A DNA stretch of 58,566 nucleotides. Source: a virus. Its lineage: Duplodnaviria; Heunggongvirae; Uroviricota; Caudoviricetes. Below, piece after piece: positions 27,569 to 37,649 of the stretch (the stretch's first letter is position 1; each line of letters begins with the position of its first letter). A program made the position numbers and the translations under genes. The stretch lies in the IMG/VR virus record IMGVR_UViG_3300043425_000840; one strand, 5' to 3'. The notes under the pieces were generated by a model. It ran no database searches. It worked only from the letters and a program-made list of their open reading frames with translations, and was not told where the DNA came from.

Positions 27569-28418
27569 ATTACTAACAGTTATAGGTCACGGGATAAATC
27601 TCATTGAGCATCACATCAAACATTATTCAAAGTATGTTGATGAGATAAACTATATCATTTACAATACAGACGAAAGACCAAAACTACACGAAGAAGTACA
27701 AGACATTATCAAAGGTTATGACAATGTTAAAATTGTTAAAACACAATATGATAGAATATTTGATTGGGAAAGAGTTACACAACTTTACAATTTTGTCAAA
27801 TCAAAAAAACCAAATGATTGGTGGGTGATTGCTGATATTGATGAATTTCATTTATATCCTGAAGATACTTTAAATTTACTAATATCTGATTGCGATAGAA
27901 ATAATTGGGATATTGTTAGAGGTGGGTTTATTGATAGGATAGGGAGAGGAGGTGATTTCGTAGAATTAAAATCAAACGAAAGTATTTGGGAACAGTTCCC
28001 AAACGCAGGATTTTTTAGATATCCAATGAGTAATGCTTGTCCTAATAAAATATGTGTTGTGAAAGGTTATGTTGAAATAACAAGTGGTCAACATTATGCT
28101 AAAATAAATGGTCAAACAACTTGGAGATGGCAAGGATGGAACCACCCATTAATTGCACCAATAGAAACACATTCAGTCCAAGTCCATCATTTTAAATGGG
28201 ACTCATCATCAATAAAAAGAATTAAAAGTGTTGCTGATTTAAAACAAGATTATTCATATTCAACTGAGTATGAATTAATGTATAATGAATTGAAAAAAAC
28301 CAAATTCAAAATAAACGTAACTAAGAAGGAATTTCATTTTGAATTAGGAATGATTCAACCCGAATATCAAGGATACCGTAATTGGAATAAATTAATAAAA
28401 CAAATAATATCAATATGA
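27561..28418 (+). CDS. Glycosyltransferase family 2-like
   Basis: LIEHHIKHY, WWVIADIDEF, NKI, GQH and VHHFKW. Confidence 0.75.
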   Translation: MVRLLTVIGHGINLIEHHIKHYSKYVDEINYIIYNTDERPKLHEEVQDIIKGYDNVKIVKTQYDRIFDWERVTQLYNFVKSKKPNDWWVIADIDEFHLYPEDTLNLLISDCDRNNWDIVRGGFIDRIGRGGDFVELKSNESIWEQFPNAGFFRYPMSNACPNKICVVKGYVEITSGQHYAKINGQTTWRWQGWNHPLIAPIETHSVQVHHFKWDSSSIKRIKSVADLKQDYSYSTEYELMYNELKKTKFKINVTKKEFHFELGMIQPEYQGYRNWNKLIKQIISI

Positions 28419-28627
28419 GCGAAACAACAAAAAAAGACAACCAACAAGAAATGTTGGAACTTGAAAAGAAGAAAGTCAAAGCACTTGAAAAAATTGCAAA
28501 CTCACTTGACGCATTAACCATTTGGTTTGAGGAAGTGGATAAAGAAGAATGGAGTAATAGAATTCAATATTACTTAACTGAATTCCATAATAAGTTTGTT
28601 AAGTCTAACGATGTCGAAAAAAAGTAA
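28415..28627 (+). CDS. Small coiled-coil hypothetical protein
   Basis: 70 aa; ATGA overlap with the upstream gene. Confidence 0.7.
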   Translation: MSETTKKDNQQEMLELEKKKVKALEKIANSLDALTIWFEEVDKEEWSNRIQYYLTEFHNKFVKSNDVEKK

Positions 28628-30035
28628 AAAACTTGGTGTTATAGTTCCGTATAGAAACAGACCGGAACAACTTGAATTATTCAAAAAGAGAATAACGAAA
28701 TATCTTAATAGACATTCAATTCCTTTTGAATTAATCATCGTTAATCAAGACGATGCGAAGTTGTTCAATAGAGGTATGCTTTTAAACATCGGATTCAAAT
28801 ATGCTGAGGAACTTGATTGTGACTATGTGGTATTTCACGATATAGATATGATACCACTTCACGTCGACTATTCGTATTCTGATTTTCCTGTCCATTTAGC
28901 AACAGGATTTAAAGAAAACAAAGACGAAAAACCAAGAGATATTTTTGATGAGTATTTCGGAGGAGTTACATTATTCCCAATGAAAGACTTCAAGAAAATT
29001 AACGGTTATTCAAACAAGTATTGGGGTTGGGGATATGAGGACGATGACTTAAGACTTCGTTGTATTAAGAAAAAAATTGACCTTGATGAATTAGTAATTA
29101 AAAATGTTGGTGTTAACGGACAGAAACTAAAATTCAATGGTGTTGATGCGTACGTTGAATGTCCTAACTTAATTAATACGAATCAAGTACTTACAATTTT
29201 TGTTTCATTCTTTCCAGACGAATTAACGTGTAATCACGAAAAAGAAACCGATGATTATACCATATTCTCAATACCCGGTTACGACTTCTCAATTTCATAT
29301 AATTCATTCTCAAGATATAATGTTTGTTTCTTTGACAAAGACAAACAAGCATTATATGTCAACTCAAATATTAAACCAAATTATCAAACCAATATTTGTG
29401 TAACAGTTGACCCAACAGAACGAATCATAAATGTTTATCAAGACGGAGAATATATTGGTTCACCAGAAACGTTTGGTAAGTTACATCCATACGCAAAAGA
29501 AAAACATTTTTATATAGGAGCTGCGAACCCAAAAAGAGAAGAAAAACAAAGTTTTTTTAAAGGTTATTTTGACAAATTCGTTGTCTTTAATGACATATTA
29601 ACTGAAGAAGAAATTTATAAAATCTCAAATCACCATAATGAAGGAATTATGAAAGAATTTGGTAAAAATTATAATATGGTACTTTATTATAATTCTAAAT
29701 TTATCGATGGATATAGGTTGGCAGATTTAACTGGTACACAACATTATGGTATGATAACCAATTGTGAGATTGTTGACTTGGAGTTGAACAACTCAAGAAA
29801 AGTAAAAGTACCACATAGAAGAGAATCTACTTTTATTTCATTACCACACGAAGAAAACGGATTCTTTCAAAATAAATGGAAACACCAAGCCACAAGGTGG
29901 AATCAATTAAGATTCTATAACGAAGTTTCAAAAAACGATGAACTACTCGAAAACGACGGGTTATCGGATTTAGATTTTGTTCTTTATGGAAAAATAGTAG
30001 AAAATAATATAACACACATTAACGTTGGAATATGA
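28611..30035 (+). CDS. GT7 (beta-1,4-galactosyltransferase-like) glycosyltransferase with an inserted LamG domain
   Basis: IVPYRNR, FNRGMLLNIGF, FHDIDM, YFGGV, NGYSNKYWGWGYEDDDL; LamG-like segment KFNGVDAYV...FKGYFDKFVVFNDILT..EI; then SLPHEENG. The ATG at 28611 is preferred to the TTG at 28596. Confidence 0.85.
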   Translation: MSKKSKKLGVIVPYRNRPEQLELFKKRITKYLNRHSIPFELIIVNQDDAKLFNRGMLLNIGFKYAEELDCDYVVFHDIDMIPLHVDYSYSDFPVHLATGFKENKDEKPRDIFDEYFGGVTLFPMKDFKKINGYSNKYWGWGYEDDDLRLRCIKKKIDLDELVIKNVGVNGQKLKFNGVDAYVECPNLINTNQVLTIFVSFFPDELTCNHEKETDDYTIFSIPGYDFSISYNSFSRYNVCFFDKDKQALYVNSNIKPNYQTNICVTVDPTERIINVYQDGEYIGSPETFGKLHPYAKEKHFYIGAANPKREEKQSFFKGYFDKFVVFNDILTEEEIYKISNHHNEGIMKEFGKNYNMVLYYNSKFIDGYRLADLTGTQHYGMITNCEIVDLELNNSRKVKVPHRRESTFISLPHEENGFFQNKWKHQATRWNQLRFYNEVSKNDELLENDGLSDLDFVLYGKIVENNITHINVGI

Positions 30036-31477
30036 GTCACAAATTAGGAATTTGTATCCCTTATCGAAATAGAAAGGAACACATTGAAAGATTAATCCCA
30101 CACTTATCAAAGTACCTAACAAGTCAAAATATTGACCACAAATTTTATGTTGGTCATCAGGTTGATGATAAACTTTTTAATAGAGGTGCTATGAAAAACA
30201 TTGCCGCTCATTACGCATTCAATGATGGATGTGATTACATTGCTTGGCACGATGTTGATATGTTGGTATATGATAAAGATGGTGTATTTGCTGACTATTC
30301 ATATCCTGAAGATAATCCAATGCATATTGCAACTAAATTATCTAAATACAATTATGGATTGGGATATGACCAATACTTTGGTGGTGTTGTTTTATTCACG
30401 AAAGAACAGGCTTATCAAACTAATGGTTACTCAAATGATTATTGGGATTGGGGACAAGAAGATGATGACTTATTTTGGAGATGTTATTTTGAAGGTTTAA
30501 CCACCGGTAAAATCATCCAAAAATATGAAAGTAAAAAGTATGCTAAATTTAACGGAAAAACATCCGCTGTTGAGATACCAACAAGTAGAGAGATAAGTTC
30601 TTGTTTCACATCAGACCATACAATTTCAATATTATTCAATGCGGAACAACAACAAGATGTTGTACCTATTTGGTTAGTTGGTGACCAACAAAATAGATTT
30701 TTAGAATACCCAATATTAAGAAAAGAAGGTATGTGGACTTGGGGTGTTTCATTCAACAACTCAAGAGCAGTATCAATGGTTGTCTTCGACAGAAATAGTC
30801 AACATCATTATTTTTGGGCAAAACGATTTGAGAATTTATGGACTTGGGTAACAATTTCTTACTCACAAGAGGAAAATAAATTGTACCTTTATATTAATGA
30901 TGAATTGGAGAGAAACGTTAGAGGTGTTAGAGAAAAATTACCTTTTGATGCAAAATATGAAATTGCTAGAATGGATGCAGTAAAACCATTTGTTTTAGGT
31001 AATTGTCCTCACCAAAGAACATACTATAAAGGTAAGATTGGTGAAGTGAAAATTTTTAAAAAATGTATCAAACCAAATGAAATCAATCAAGTGTTTACCA
31101 CTACAGAAGATGAAGATTTGGTTTTACATTATGACTTTGAAGATGGATTTACTAACAAGGTAAATGGTTCAATGGCAATTGTTAAAGATTCTATCATTGG
31201 TGAAGAAGATATCGAAATTGTTAAAAACGTTTTACCATTTAGAAAAGAAGGTCAATTCTATTGTTTACCACATATCGATGAGGGGTTTGTAAACGGTAAA
31301 TGGGCTAAAGGTGAAACTACCGCAAGAAATGAAAAACGATTTGTTACCGAAATGCAACAAAAGAAAATAAATTATAGAGATGAGGGTCTTAATAAAATAA
31401 CCGAGGTAACTGAGATTGTTAATTTAGATGAGACGTTGTATCCTAATACAATGTTCATCAACACAAAAATGAAATGA
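30032..31477 (+). CDS. GT7 glycosyltransferase with an inserted LamG domain (paralog)
   Basis: IPYRNR, FNRGAMKN, WHDVDM, YFGGV, GYSNDYWDWGQEDDDL; KFNGKTSAV...YKGKIGEVKIF...LVLHYDF; CLPHIDEG. Confidence 0.85.
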   Translation: MSHKLGICIPYRNRKEHIERLIPHLSKYLTSQNIDHKFYVGHQVDDKLFNRGAMKNIAAHYAFNDGCDYIAWHDVDMLVYDKDGVFADYSYPEDNPMHIATKLSKYNYGLGYDQYFGGVVLFTKEQAYQTNGYSNDYWDWGQEDDDLFWRCYFEGLTTGKIIQKYESKKYAKFNGKTSAVEIPTSREISSCFTSDHTISILFNAEQQQDVVPIWLVGDQQNRFLEYPILRKEGMWTWGVSFNNSRAVSMVVFDRNSQHHYFWAKRFENLWTWVTISYSQEENKLYLYINDELERNVRGVREKLPFDAKYEIARMDAVKPFVLGNCPHQRTYYKGKIGEVKIFKKCIKPNEINQVFTTTEDEDLVLHYDFEDGFTNKVNGSMAIVKDSIIGEEDIEIVKNVLPFRKEGQFYCLPHIDEGFVNGKWAKGETTARNEKRFVTEMQQKKINYRDEGLNKITEVTEIVNLDETLYPNTMFINTKMK

Positions 31478-32892
31478 TAGATTTTAACATAACAAAAGAT
31501 AAATTAAATGGTGTTGGTTGTGGTTTCTGTTTAGCAAAATGGACACAAGTGACAATGCATTTACATAATGGTACAACTCACTCTTGTCACCATCCTTCCC
31601 CACACAAAGTACCTTTAGAAGAGATTGAAAGAAACTATACGGCATTACATAATAGTAATGTTAAAAAGTACGCAAGGAAGGAAATGTTAAATGGTCAACG
31701 ACCAAAGGAGTGTGGCTATTGTTGGAATGTTGAGGATAATTCTAATTCATTTTCAGATAGAATTTTTAAAAGTGCGGAACCTTGGTCCGAACCTTATTTT
31801 GATGAAATATCAAAGTCACATTGGAGAGCAGATTTTAATCCAAAGTATGTTGAGGTAAACTTTTCAAACACTTGTAATTTCAAATGTGCGTATTGTGGTC
31901 CTGAATATTCCACCAAATGGATGGAGGAGATTAATCAGTTCGGTGGATATAAACTATCTTCTGATTATAACAGTACCCAACAAATGGATGAAAATAAAAC
32001 CAGACCATATAAACAAACTGAACATAATCCTTATGTTGCAGCATTTTGGGAATGGTGGCCTGAATTATACACCACATTAGATACCTTCAGAATTACTGGT
32101 GGAGAACCTTTATTATCAAAAGATACTTGGAGAGTATTGGAAAATATTATTGAAACGGAAGAACCCAACCGACAATTGAAACTATCAATCAATAGTAATC
32201 TTGGAGTTAATGATGAATTGATTGATAAATTAATTGTAAAATTAGAAAAGATTATTAGTGAAGAAAGAGTAAAAGAAGTTATTATTTTTACATCCTGTGA
32301 CGCGTATGGTAAACAAGCAGAATATGTTAGATATGGATTAGAATTTGATAGACTATTCAGTAACATTGATAAGATTTTAACAGTCCTACCAAAAGTTACG
32401 ATTGTTATTATGTCAACGTTTAACATATTCAGTATCTTCTCATATGAGTCTTTAATTAAAAAAGTTTATGATTTAAAACTTAAACATTTTAATAAAGAAA
32501 GATATTGGAATTCTGCACTCATATTGGATACATCATATCTAAGATATCCTGACTTTTTAGGGTTCCGAGTATTGAAAGATTATTTGGATGTGGAATATTT
32601 TAATAGGTGTGAGAAGTTTATGAAATTCTATTCAACATATAGAAGTTTAAATTTTTATGAACAACAATCAGTAGACGATGTTGGATTCTCAACCAAGGAG
32701 ATTGAAAAAATAACAAGAATAAAAGAAATATTCATAACAGATTCTAACTCAGACATTTCATTTGAAAAAGAGAAAAAAGATTTTGTTAAGTTTATTGACG
32801 AATATAAAATAAGAAGAGGGATGGATTGTGAAGAATACTATCCTGAATTGACTCAATTTATAAAAAACATCAGAGATGAGAATAAAGTATAA
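31474..32892 (+). CDS. Radical SAM protein with an N-terminal twitch/SPASM-like Cys cluster
   Basis: CGFCLAKW...SCHH, C..CW..E, CNFKCAYC (CxxxCxxC) and ITGGEPLL. Confidence 0.9.
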   Translation: MIDFNITKDKLNGVGCGFCLAKWTQVTMHLHNGTTHSCHHPSPHKVPLEEIERNYTALHNSNVKKYARKEMLNGQRPKECGYCWNVEDNSNSFSDRIFKSAEPWSEPYFDEISKSHWRADFNPKYVEVNFSNTCNFKCAYCGPEYSTKWMEEINQFGGYKLSSDYNSTQQMDENKTRPYKQTEHNPYVAAFWEWWPELYTTLDTFRITGGEPLLSKDTWRVLENIIETEEPNRQLKLSINSNLGVNDELIDKLIVKLEKIISEERVKEVIIFTSCDAYGKQAEYVRYGLEFDRLFSNIDKILTVLPKVTIVIMSTFNIFSIFSYESLIKKVYDLKLKHFNKERYWNSALILDTSYLRYPDFLGFRVLKDYLDVEYFNRCEKFMKFYSTYRSLNFYEQQSVDDVGFSTKEIEKITRIKEIFITDSNSDISFEKEKKDFVKFIDEYKIRRGMDCEEYYPELTQFIKNIRDENKV

Positions 32893-33619
32893 AGAACCTT
32901 TTTGGGTAATGTATAAGTGGGATTTAGATACTCACCACGATAATCAATATGTAACTCAATTCAACAAAACTGATATCGAGGAAATAAAAACTTTTCTGTA
33001 TGAGGATTCGTACATAATCACCGCAGAAATTAGATTATTGGACCTTTATAGAAGAGACCCCATTTGTACTTTATTTGGTAAACCCGGTAAAAACATCGGA
33101 GTAACTTATAATAATGAAAGTAAAATTCTTGCATTTGAATTTTGGACAAAGGGAGACGATAATACTTGGGATGATTTTAATTTCGCATCTTTCAACGGAT
33201 TAAAGCATACCGACTTGAACAGACCAGTTAAAATTTCAATTGCAAGACAAGGAAACTCATTTACTTTATATGTGAATTTCGAAGTCTCCAATAAACTAAG
33301 ATTTAAAAACAATTTAATTGATGATTATCAATATAGCGGTCTGTTCTTAGGATGTGCTAATCCTGGCTCACCCGTGGAGGAACATAGACATCACGGAGAA
33401 TATGACATATATCATTTTTCAATTGTAAGAGGAACTTCAGATATTAAAGTGGCAAAATCAATTTATGAAACTCAAGGAGAGAAATTAATATCTAATCCAA
33501 ATTACAAAGACATTCTTTGTCTATACAACTTTAATACAATTAATAACATCGGAATTATTTTCGATGAATCTAAAAATAATAATTTCTTGGAAAAAGTACC
33601 TGAAAAATTCGTTTTATAA
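32876..33619 (+). CDS. Stand-alone LamG-like beta-sandwich protein
   Basis: LFGKPGKNIGV, ILAFEFW, FTLYVN, LFLGCAN and LCLYNF resemble the inserts of the two GT7 genes. Confidence 0.5.
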   Translation: MRIKYKEPFWVMYKWDLDTHHDNQYVTQFNKTDIEEIKTFLYEDSYIITAEIRLLDLYRRDPICTLFGKPGKNIGVTYNNESKILAFEFWTKGDDNTWDDFNFASFNGLKHTDLNRPVKISIARQGNSFTLYVNFEVSNKLRFKNNLIDDYQYSGLFLGCANPGSPVEEHRHHGEYDIYHFSIVRGTSDIKVAKSIYETQGEKLISNPNYKDILCLYNFNTINNIGIIFDESKNNNFLEKVPEKFVL

Positions 33620-33655
33620 GATTTTTTCCGTATATTATAATTAAAAACCAAAAAT

Positions 33656-35110
33656 ATGTCCGACGAACTAAGAGAATGGAGGAATAAAAATCTAAACTGT
33701 ATTAGTAAAAGTTTCTGTGCTGCTAAGTGGTACAATGCTAGTTTACATTTAGGACACGGATACACAAATTCCTGTCATCTTCCTTTACCACACCCTATTG
33801 ATTTAGAAGAGATTAAAACAAATCCTTCAGCGTTACATAATACTCGACACAAGAAGATTGCAAGAAAGATGATGTTAACAGGTATCAGACCTGCTGAATG
33901 TTCATATTGTTGGAAGATTGAAGATATTGGTCGTGATAACATTTCTGATAGGGTATATAAGAGTTTAATCTATACTGAAGAAGAAATAGCAGCACTTAAA
34001 GAGATTCCTTGGGAAGAAGACATCTTATTAAAAACTGTTGAAGTTAGTTTTGACCGTACTTGTAATTTTGCTTGTAGTTATTGTAACTCAGGTTATAGTA
34101 CAACTTGGGCAAAAGATATCAAAGAGAACGGAGCATATCAAAAGTTCAAAACAAGTAGTGCAGGTGCATATTATGCGGATGGTTCTTGGTCTGAAAAATT
34201 TGGAAAACACAACGAAAATAATCCATACGTACAAGCGTTTTTAGAATGGTGGCCTGAGTTATCAAAAACTTTACAAGAGATTAGAGTTACTGGTGGTGAA
34301 CCATCACAAAGTCGTAACTTTTGGAATTTCATTGATGTGATGAAACAACATCCTTCTGAAAACTTAAGACTTGCAGTTAACTCAAATCTTGGATTAAATG
34401 AAGCTACGTTGTTTAAACTAATTAGTATCTCTCACGAGTTACCAATTAAAGAATTTGATTTGTACACAAGTAATGAATCATTCGGTGTTCACGCTGACTA
34501 TATCAGAGATGGTCTAAAATATGACATTTGGAGAGCTAATATGGTTAAGTTTATTGAGAACGCTAAGTTCCGTTCATTAACCATTATGATGACAATTAAT
34601 AGTCTTTGTTTATTCAGTATAACTGAATTCTTAGATGATATGATAGTATTAAAAGAGAAGTACGGACCAAATAGACCAAACGTTGATTTCAACATCCTAA
34701 GATGGCCGTCATTTATGTCACCATTATCATTACCTGATAATATCAAATCTAAGTTACATCTTAAGTTAAAGAATTGGTATACTGAACATAAAGAGAGTCC
34801 TTTATTTAGTATTCACGAGAAGGCACAAATCGAAAGATTGATTGACTACATTGAAGTTGTTGAAAGAGGTCACAACCAAACAGAATTGGATAAAGACAAA
34901 CAATGGCACGACTTTAAGAGTTTCTACGAACAATATGATGTCAGAAGAAATAAAGATTTCAGAGCAACGTTCAATGACCCTGAACTAATTGAATGGTACG
35001 ATTCAATCAAAGTTGATTATTCAATACCTAATGTTCAAGTTACGGATGGTGCAATAACACACTTCGAACCTGGTGAGTACGTTTCAGATGTTAAACCCAA
35101 TATTATTTAA
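33656..35110 (+). CDS. Radical SAM protein with an N-terminal twitch-like cluster (paralog); C-terminal KPNII
   Basis: FCAAKW...SCH, CSYCW..E, CNFACSYC and VTGGEP. Confidence 0.9.
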   Translation: MSDELREWRNKNLNCISKSFCAAKWYNASLHLGHGYTNSCHLPLPHPIDLEEIKTNPSALHNTRHKKIARKMMLTGIRPAECSYCWKIEDIGRDNISDRVYKSLIYTEEEIAALKEIPWEEDILLKTVEVSFDRTCNFACSYCNSGYSTTWAKDIKENGAYQKFKTSSAGAYYADGSWSEKFGKHNENNPYVQAFLEWWPELSKTLQEIRVTGGEPSQSRNFWNFIDVMKQHPSENLRLAVNSNLGLNEATLFKLISISHELPIKEFDLYTSNESFGVHADYIRDGLKYDIWRANMVKFIENAKFRSLTIMMTINSLCLFSITEFLDDMIVLKEKYGPNRPNVDFNILRWPSFMSPLSLPDNIKSKLHLKLKNWYTEHKESPLFSIHEKAQIERLIDYIEVVERGHNQTELDKDKQWHDFKSFYEQYDVRRNKDFRATFNDPELIEWYDSIKVDYSIPNVQVTDGAITHFEPGEYVSDVKPNII

Positions 35111-36393
35111 TGAAATTAGTTTTTGAAGATATTGAAAACTTACACAACTTTACAAGTTGTCCTGATGTAAATCCATCAGGTATAAAGAGATTTACATATG
35201 CTCCGTTGATTAATGCAACGAATATGTATTTTGGGTTTACACATAAAGAATCCTTTTTACAATTTTTGAAATTGGATAACGATGTAGAAAACTATGTTAT
35301 TCCTGCTGCGGTTAATCACAGTCCTGAAGATTGGACAGGATATACATCAAGGGTTAAGAGTTTGTTTGAATATCTTAACCCAAAATATTTGAGTGATTTA
35401 AGAAACAAGAAAGCATTACTTTTATTAGACCAAAGTTTCGAAGGATACCAATCAAGATGGTTATGGGATTTTTTCCATACACATTGTAAGAAGTATAAAG
35501 TACCACCATCAAGTATTGTATATGTCACCGGTAATATGATTGCCGATGAGATTTATGATAAGTGGTGCATTGAAAATAAAATAAAAGAAAAGTTAAAAGT
35601 AATCCCATACGCGCATTTTGAATTAGATGTCGGGATGACCTGTTACCATTTTGATAGGGAAGGAAAACTACCAGATTTCGATACTCATTTAGAATACAAG
35701 AAAAAGAACAAAAAGAATATTAAAAGTTTTTCTTGTTTGAATAAAAGAATAAGACCTCACAGAGTTTGGTTTTATCGTTATATGTTTGATAATGATATTC
35801 TAAAAGATGGTTTGGTTAGTATGAATCAATTTCCTAAACATCAGTACCCATTTGAAGGTGAATATATGTCGGATGAGGTTGTTGATAAAATATATGAACC
35901 ATTACCATTATTGATATATGAGAAACCCAATAATGAATTTGACGACAACTACTACATTAGGAGATTAAATGAACAGATTTGTTTAGATAGTTGGGTTAGT
36001 GTTGTAAGTGAAGCGCATTGTGGTGATAGTGATGAAACAATGTTCTTAAGTGAGAAACTTTATAAACCAATTGCTTGTAGACATCCTTGGATGGTGATGG
36101 GTAATAAAGATAGTCTCGCAATGATGAAGAAAATGGGATATAAAACATTCTCTGAATTCTTAGACGAAGACTATGATAGTTTACCAACACACGAGAGAAT
36201 GAAAGCAATTATCGAAAGTGTTAAAAAGACAATTTCAGTTAAAAATAAAATGGAATGGTTCAAGTCAATGAGAGAAGTTGTTGAACACAATCATTCAAAT
36301 CTAATAAATAAATTATATCGATTACCTGATTCATTTGTTGAATTTCAAAAGTATCATAATCAATATTTTAACATCAAACAGAATTTAATATGA
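35110..36393 (+). CDS. Putative GT-B glycosyltransferase (GT10/fucosyltransferase-like SEK motif); C-terminal KQNLI
   Basis: FSCLNKRIRPHR, VSVVSE, FLSEKLYKPI...HPW..MG, GYKTF..FLDEDYD. Confidence 0.6.
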   Translation: MKLVFEDIENLHNFTSCPDVNPSGIKRFTYAPLINATNMYFGFTHKESFLQFLKLDNDVENYVIPAAVNHSPEDWTGYTSRVKSLFEYLNPKYLSDLRNKKALLLLDQSFEGYQSRWLWDFFHTHCKKYKVPPSSIVYVTGNMIADEIYDKWCIENKIKEKLKVIPYAHFELDVGMTCYHFDREGKLPDFDTHLEYKKKNKKNIKSFSCLNKRIRPHRVWFYRYMFDNDILKDGLVSMNQFPKHQYPFEGEYMSDEVVDKIYEPLPLLIYEKPNNEFDDNYYIRRLNEQICLDSWVSVVSEAHCGDSDETMFLSEKLYKPIACRHPWMVMGNKDSLAMMKKMGYKTFSEFLDEDYDSLPTHERMKAIIESVKKTISVKNKMEWFKSMREVVEHNHSNLINKLYRLPDSFVEFQKYHNQYFNIKQNLI

Positions 36394-36794
36394 GTGAAAG
36401 AAAATATTTACCAACATTAGCTGAATTAGTTGATAGGTTGAGTATATCACAATTAAAAGAAGTTTTTATTACGGAGCACAAAGAAGAATATGGTCAGGAA
36501 ATTAGTGACATTTTACACGACATTCAATTACTACTTGATGACAATGATGGGAAAATTACCGCCGAAACTATTAGAGCTATTGTTGTTTTATCTCAGATGA
36601 ATTTACATATTTGGCACAACGAATCTAACTATCGTAAAGGAATCAAAGAAGGTAATCAGTTAGAACTAACACACGGATTGAATGGTATTAGAAATACCGC
36701 TAAAAACAAAATACAAGAAATTGTTGGTGGTAGAAAAGATTACAAAATTGATTGTTTAGCTGCGGAATTTAAAGATTGGGAAATTAGTTGGTAA
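36390..36794 (+). CDS. Helical hypothetical protein (DUF4254-like)
   Basis: LVDRLSISQLK, NLHIWHNE and NGIRNTAKNKI. Confidence 0.6.
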   Translation: MSERKYLPTLAELVDRLSISQLKEVFITEHKEEYGQEISDILHDIQLLLDDNDGKITAETIRAIVVLSQMNLHIWHNESNYRKGIKEGNQLELTHGLNGIRNTAKNKIQEIVGGRKDYKIDCLAAEFKDWEISW

Positions 36795-36841
36795 CATTTA
36801 CTAATAGATAAAAAATAAATAAATTATACAAAAAGAAAACT

Positions 36842-37618
36842 ATGTTCAAACATTTAACAGAATTAGAAATCCAACAAATGACATTTGATTGGAGATACAA
36901 AGGTTGGACAGTATTGGAATTGTTAACCGAAGACGAATGTGATGCGGTTAATGATGAATTGGACCGATTAAGAAATGAAAGGTCTAAAACAACAACCGAA
37001 GATGGTAAAGAGTGGGGTGAGTGGGACCCATTTGCGTACCCACATAAAATTTCACCAATGATTGAAAAATTATTCTGTCATCCTAAAGTATTAGAAGCTT
37101 GTGAGTTTCTTATGGAAGGTAAAACAGTAGGATTACAAACTTGGTGTTATTTCAAACCACCGGGACAATTAGGTAGAGATATGCACCAAAATGCATTCTA
37201 CACTGGTTGTAAACACAATGAGATTATTAACACGGCAATCGCGTTAGATAACCACGACCCTGAGAATGGTGCGGTATGGAATTACGAAGGTTCACATAGA
37301 CTACCAACTTTACCAATTGAAGTTGATGAAGAAAGAACTAAAACCAACCCAACATTTTGGAGAAACGAAAGAGGTAAACCTTGTGTAATGCCTGAAGGAC
37401 ACGATTTCAAAAAGGTTGAAGGATTTTTAAGAAAAGGTCAAGTAGTATTATTACATTCACACGTTGTTCACGGTTCTGAACCAAACAATTCAAATAGAAT
37501 GAGAAGAAACTTATTGGGTGGATATCTTAAACAAGGTGCACACTTCAATCAAGGAGGTCATATGAAAAGAGAACCAATTGATTTACAAGAATTACGTAAA
37601 AAACATTGGGGAGAGTAA
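36842..37618 (+). CDS. Phytanoyl-CoA dioxygenase (PhyH)-family Fe(II)/2OG oxygenase
   Basis: YFKPPG, MHQN (HxD variant), IALD...ENGA...EGSHR, KGQVVLLHSHVVHGS.PN.S.RMRR. Confidence 0.85.
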   Translation: MFKHLTELEIQQMTFDWRYKGWTVLELLTEDECDAVNDELDRLRNERSKTTTEDGKEWGEWDPFAYPHKISPMIEKLFCHPKVLEACEFLMEGKTVGLQTWCYFKPPGQLGRDMHQNAFYTGCKHNEIINTAIALDNHDPENGAVWNYEGSHRLPTLPIEVDEERTKTNPTFWRNERGKPCVMPEGHDFKKVEGFLRKGQVVLLHSHVVHGSEPNNSNRMRRNLLGGYLKQGAHFNQGGHMKREPIDLQELRKKHWGE

Positions 37619-37621
37619 AAT

Positions 37622-37649
37622 AAAAAAGGGACTTATAGTCCCTTTTTTT
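37622..37649. terminator. Bidirectional intrinsic terminator between convergent genes
   Basis: AAAAAAGGGACT-tat-AGTCCCTTTTTTT. Confidence 0.9.
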
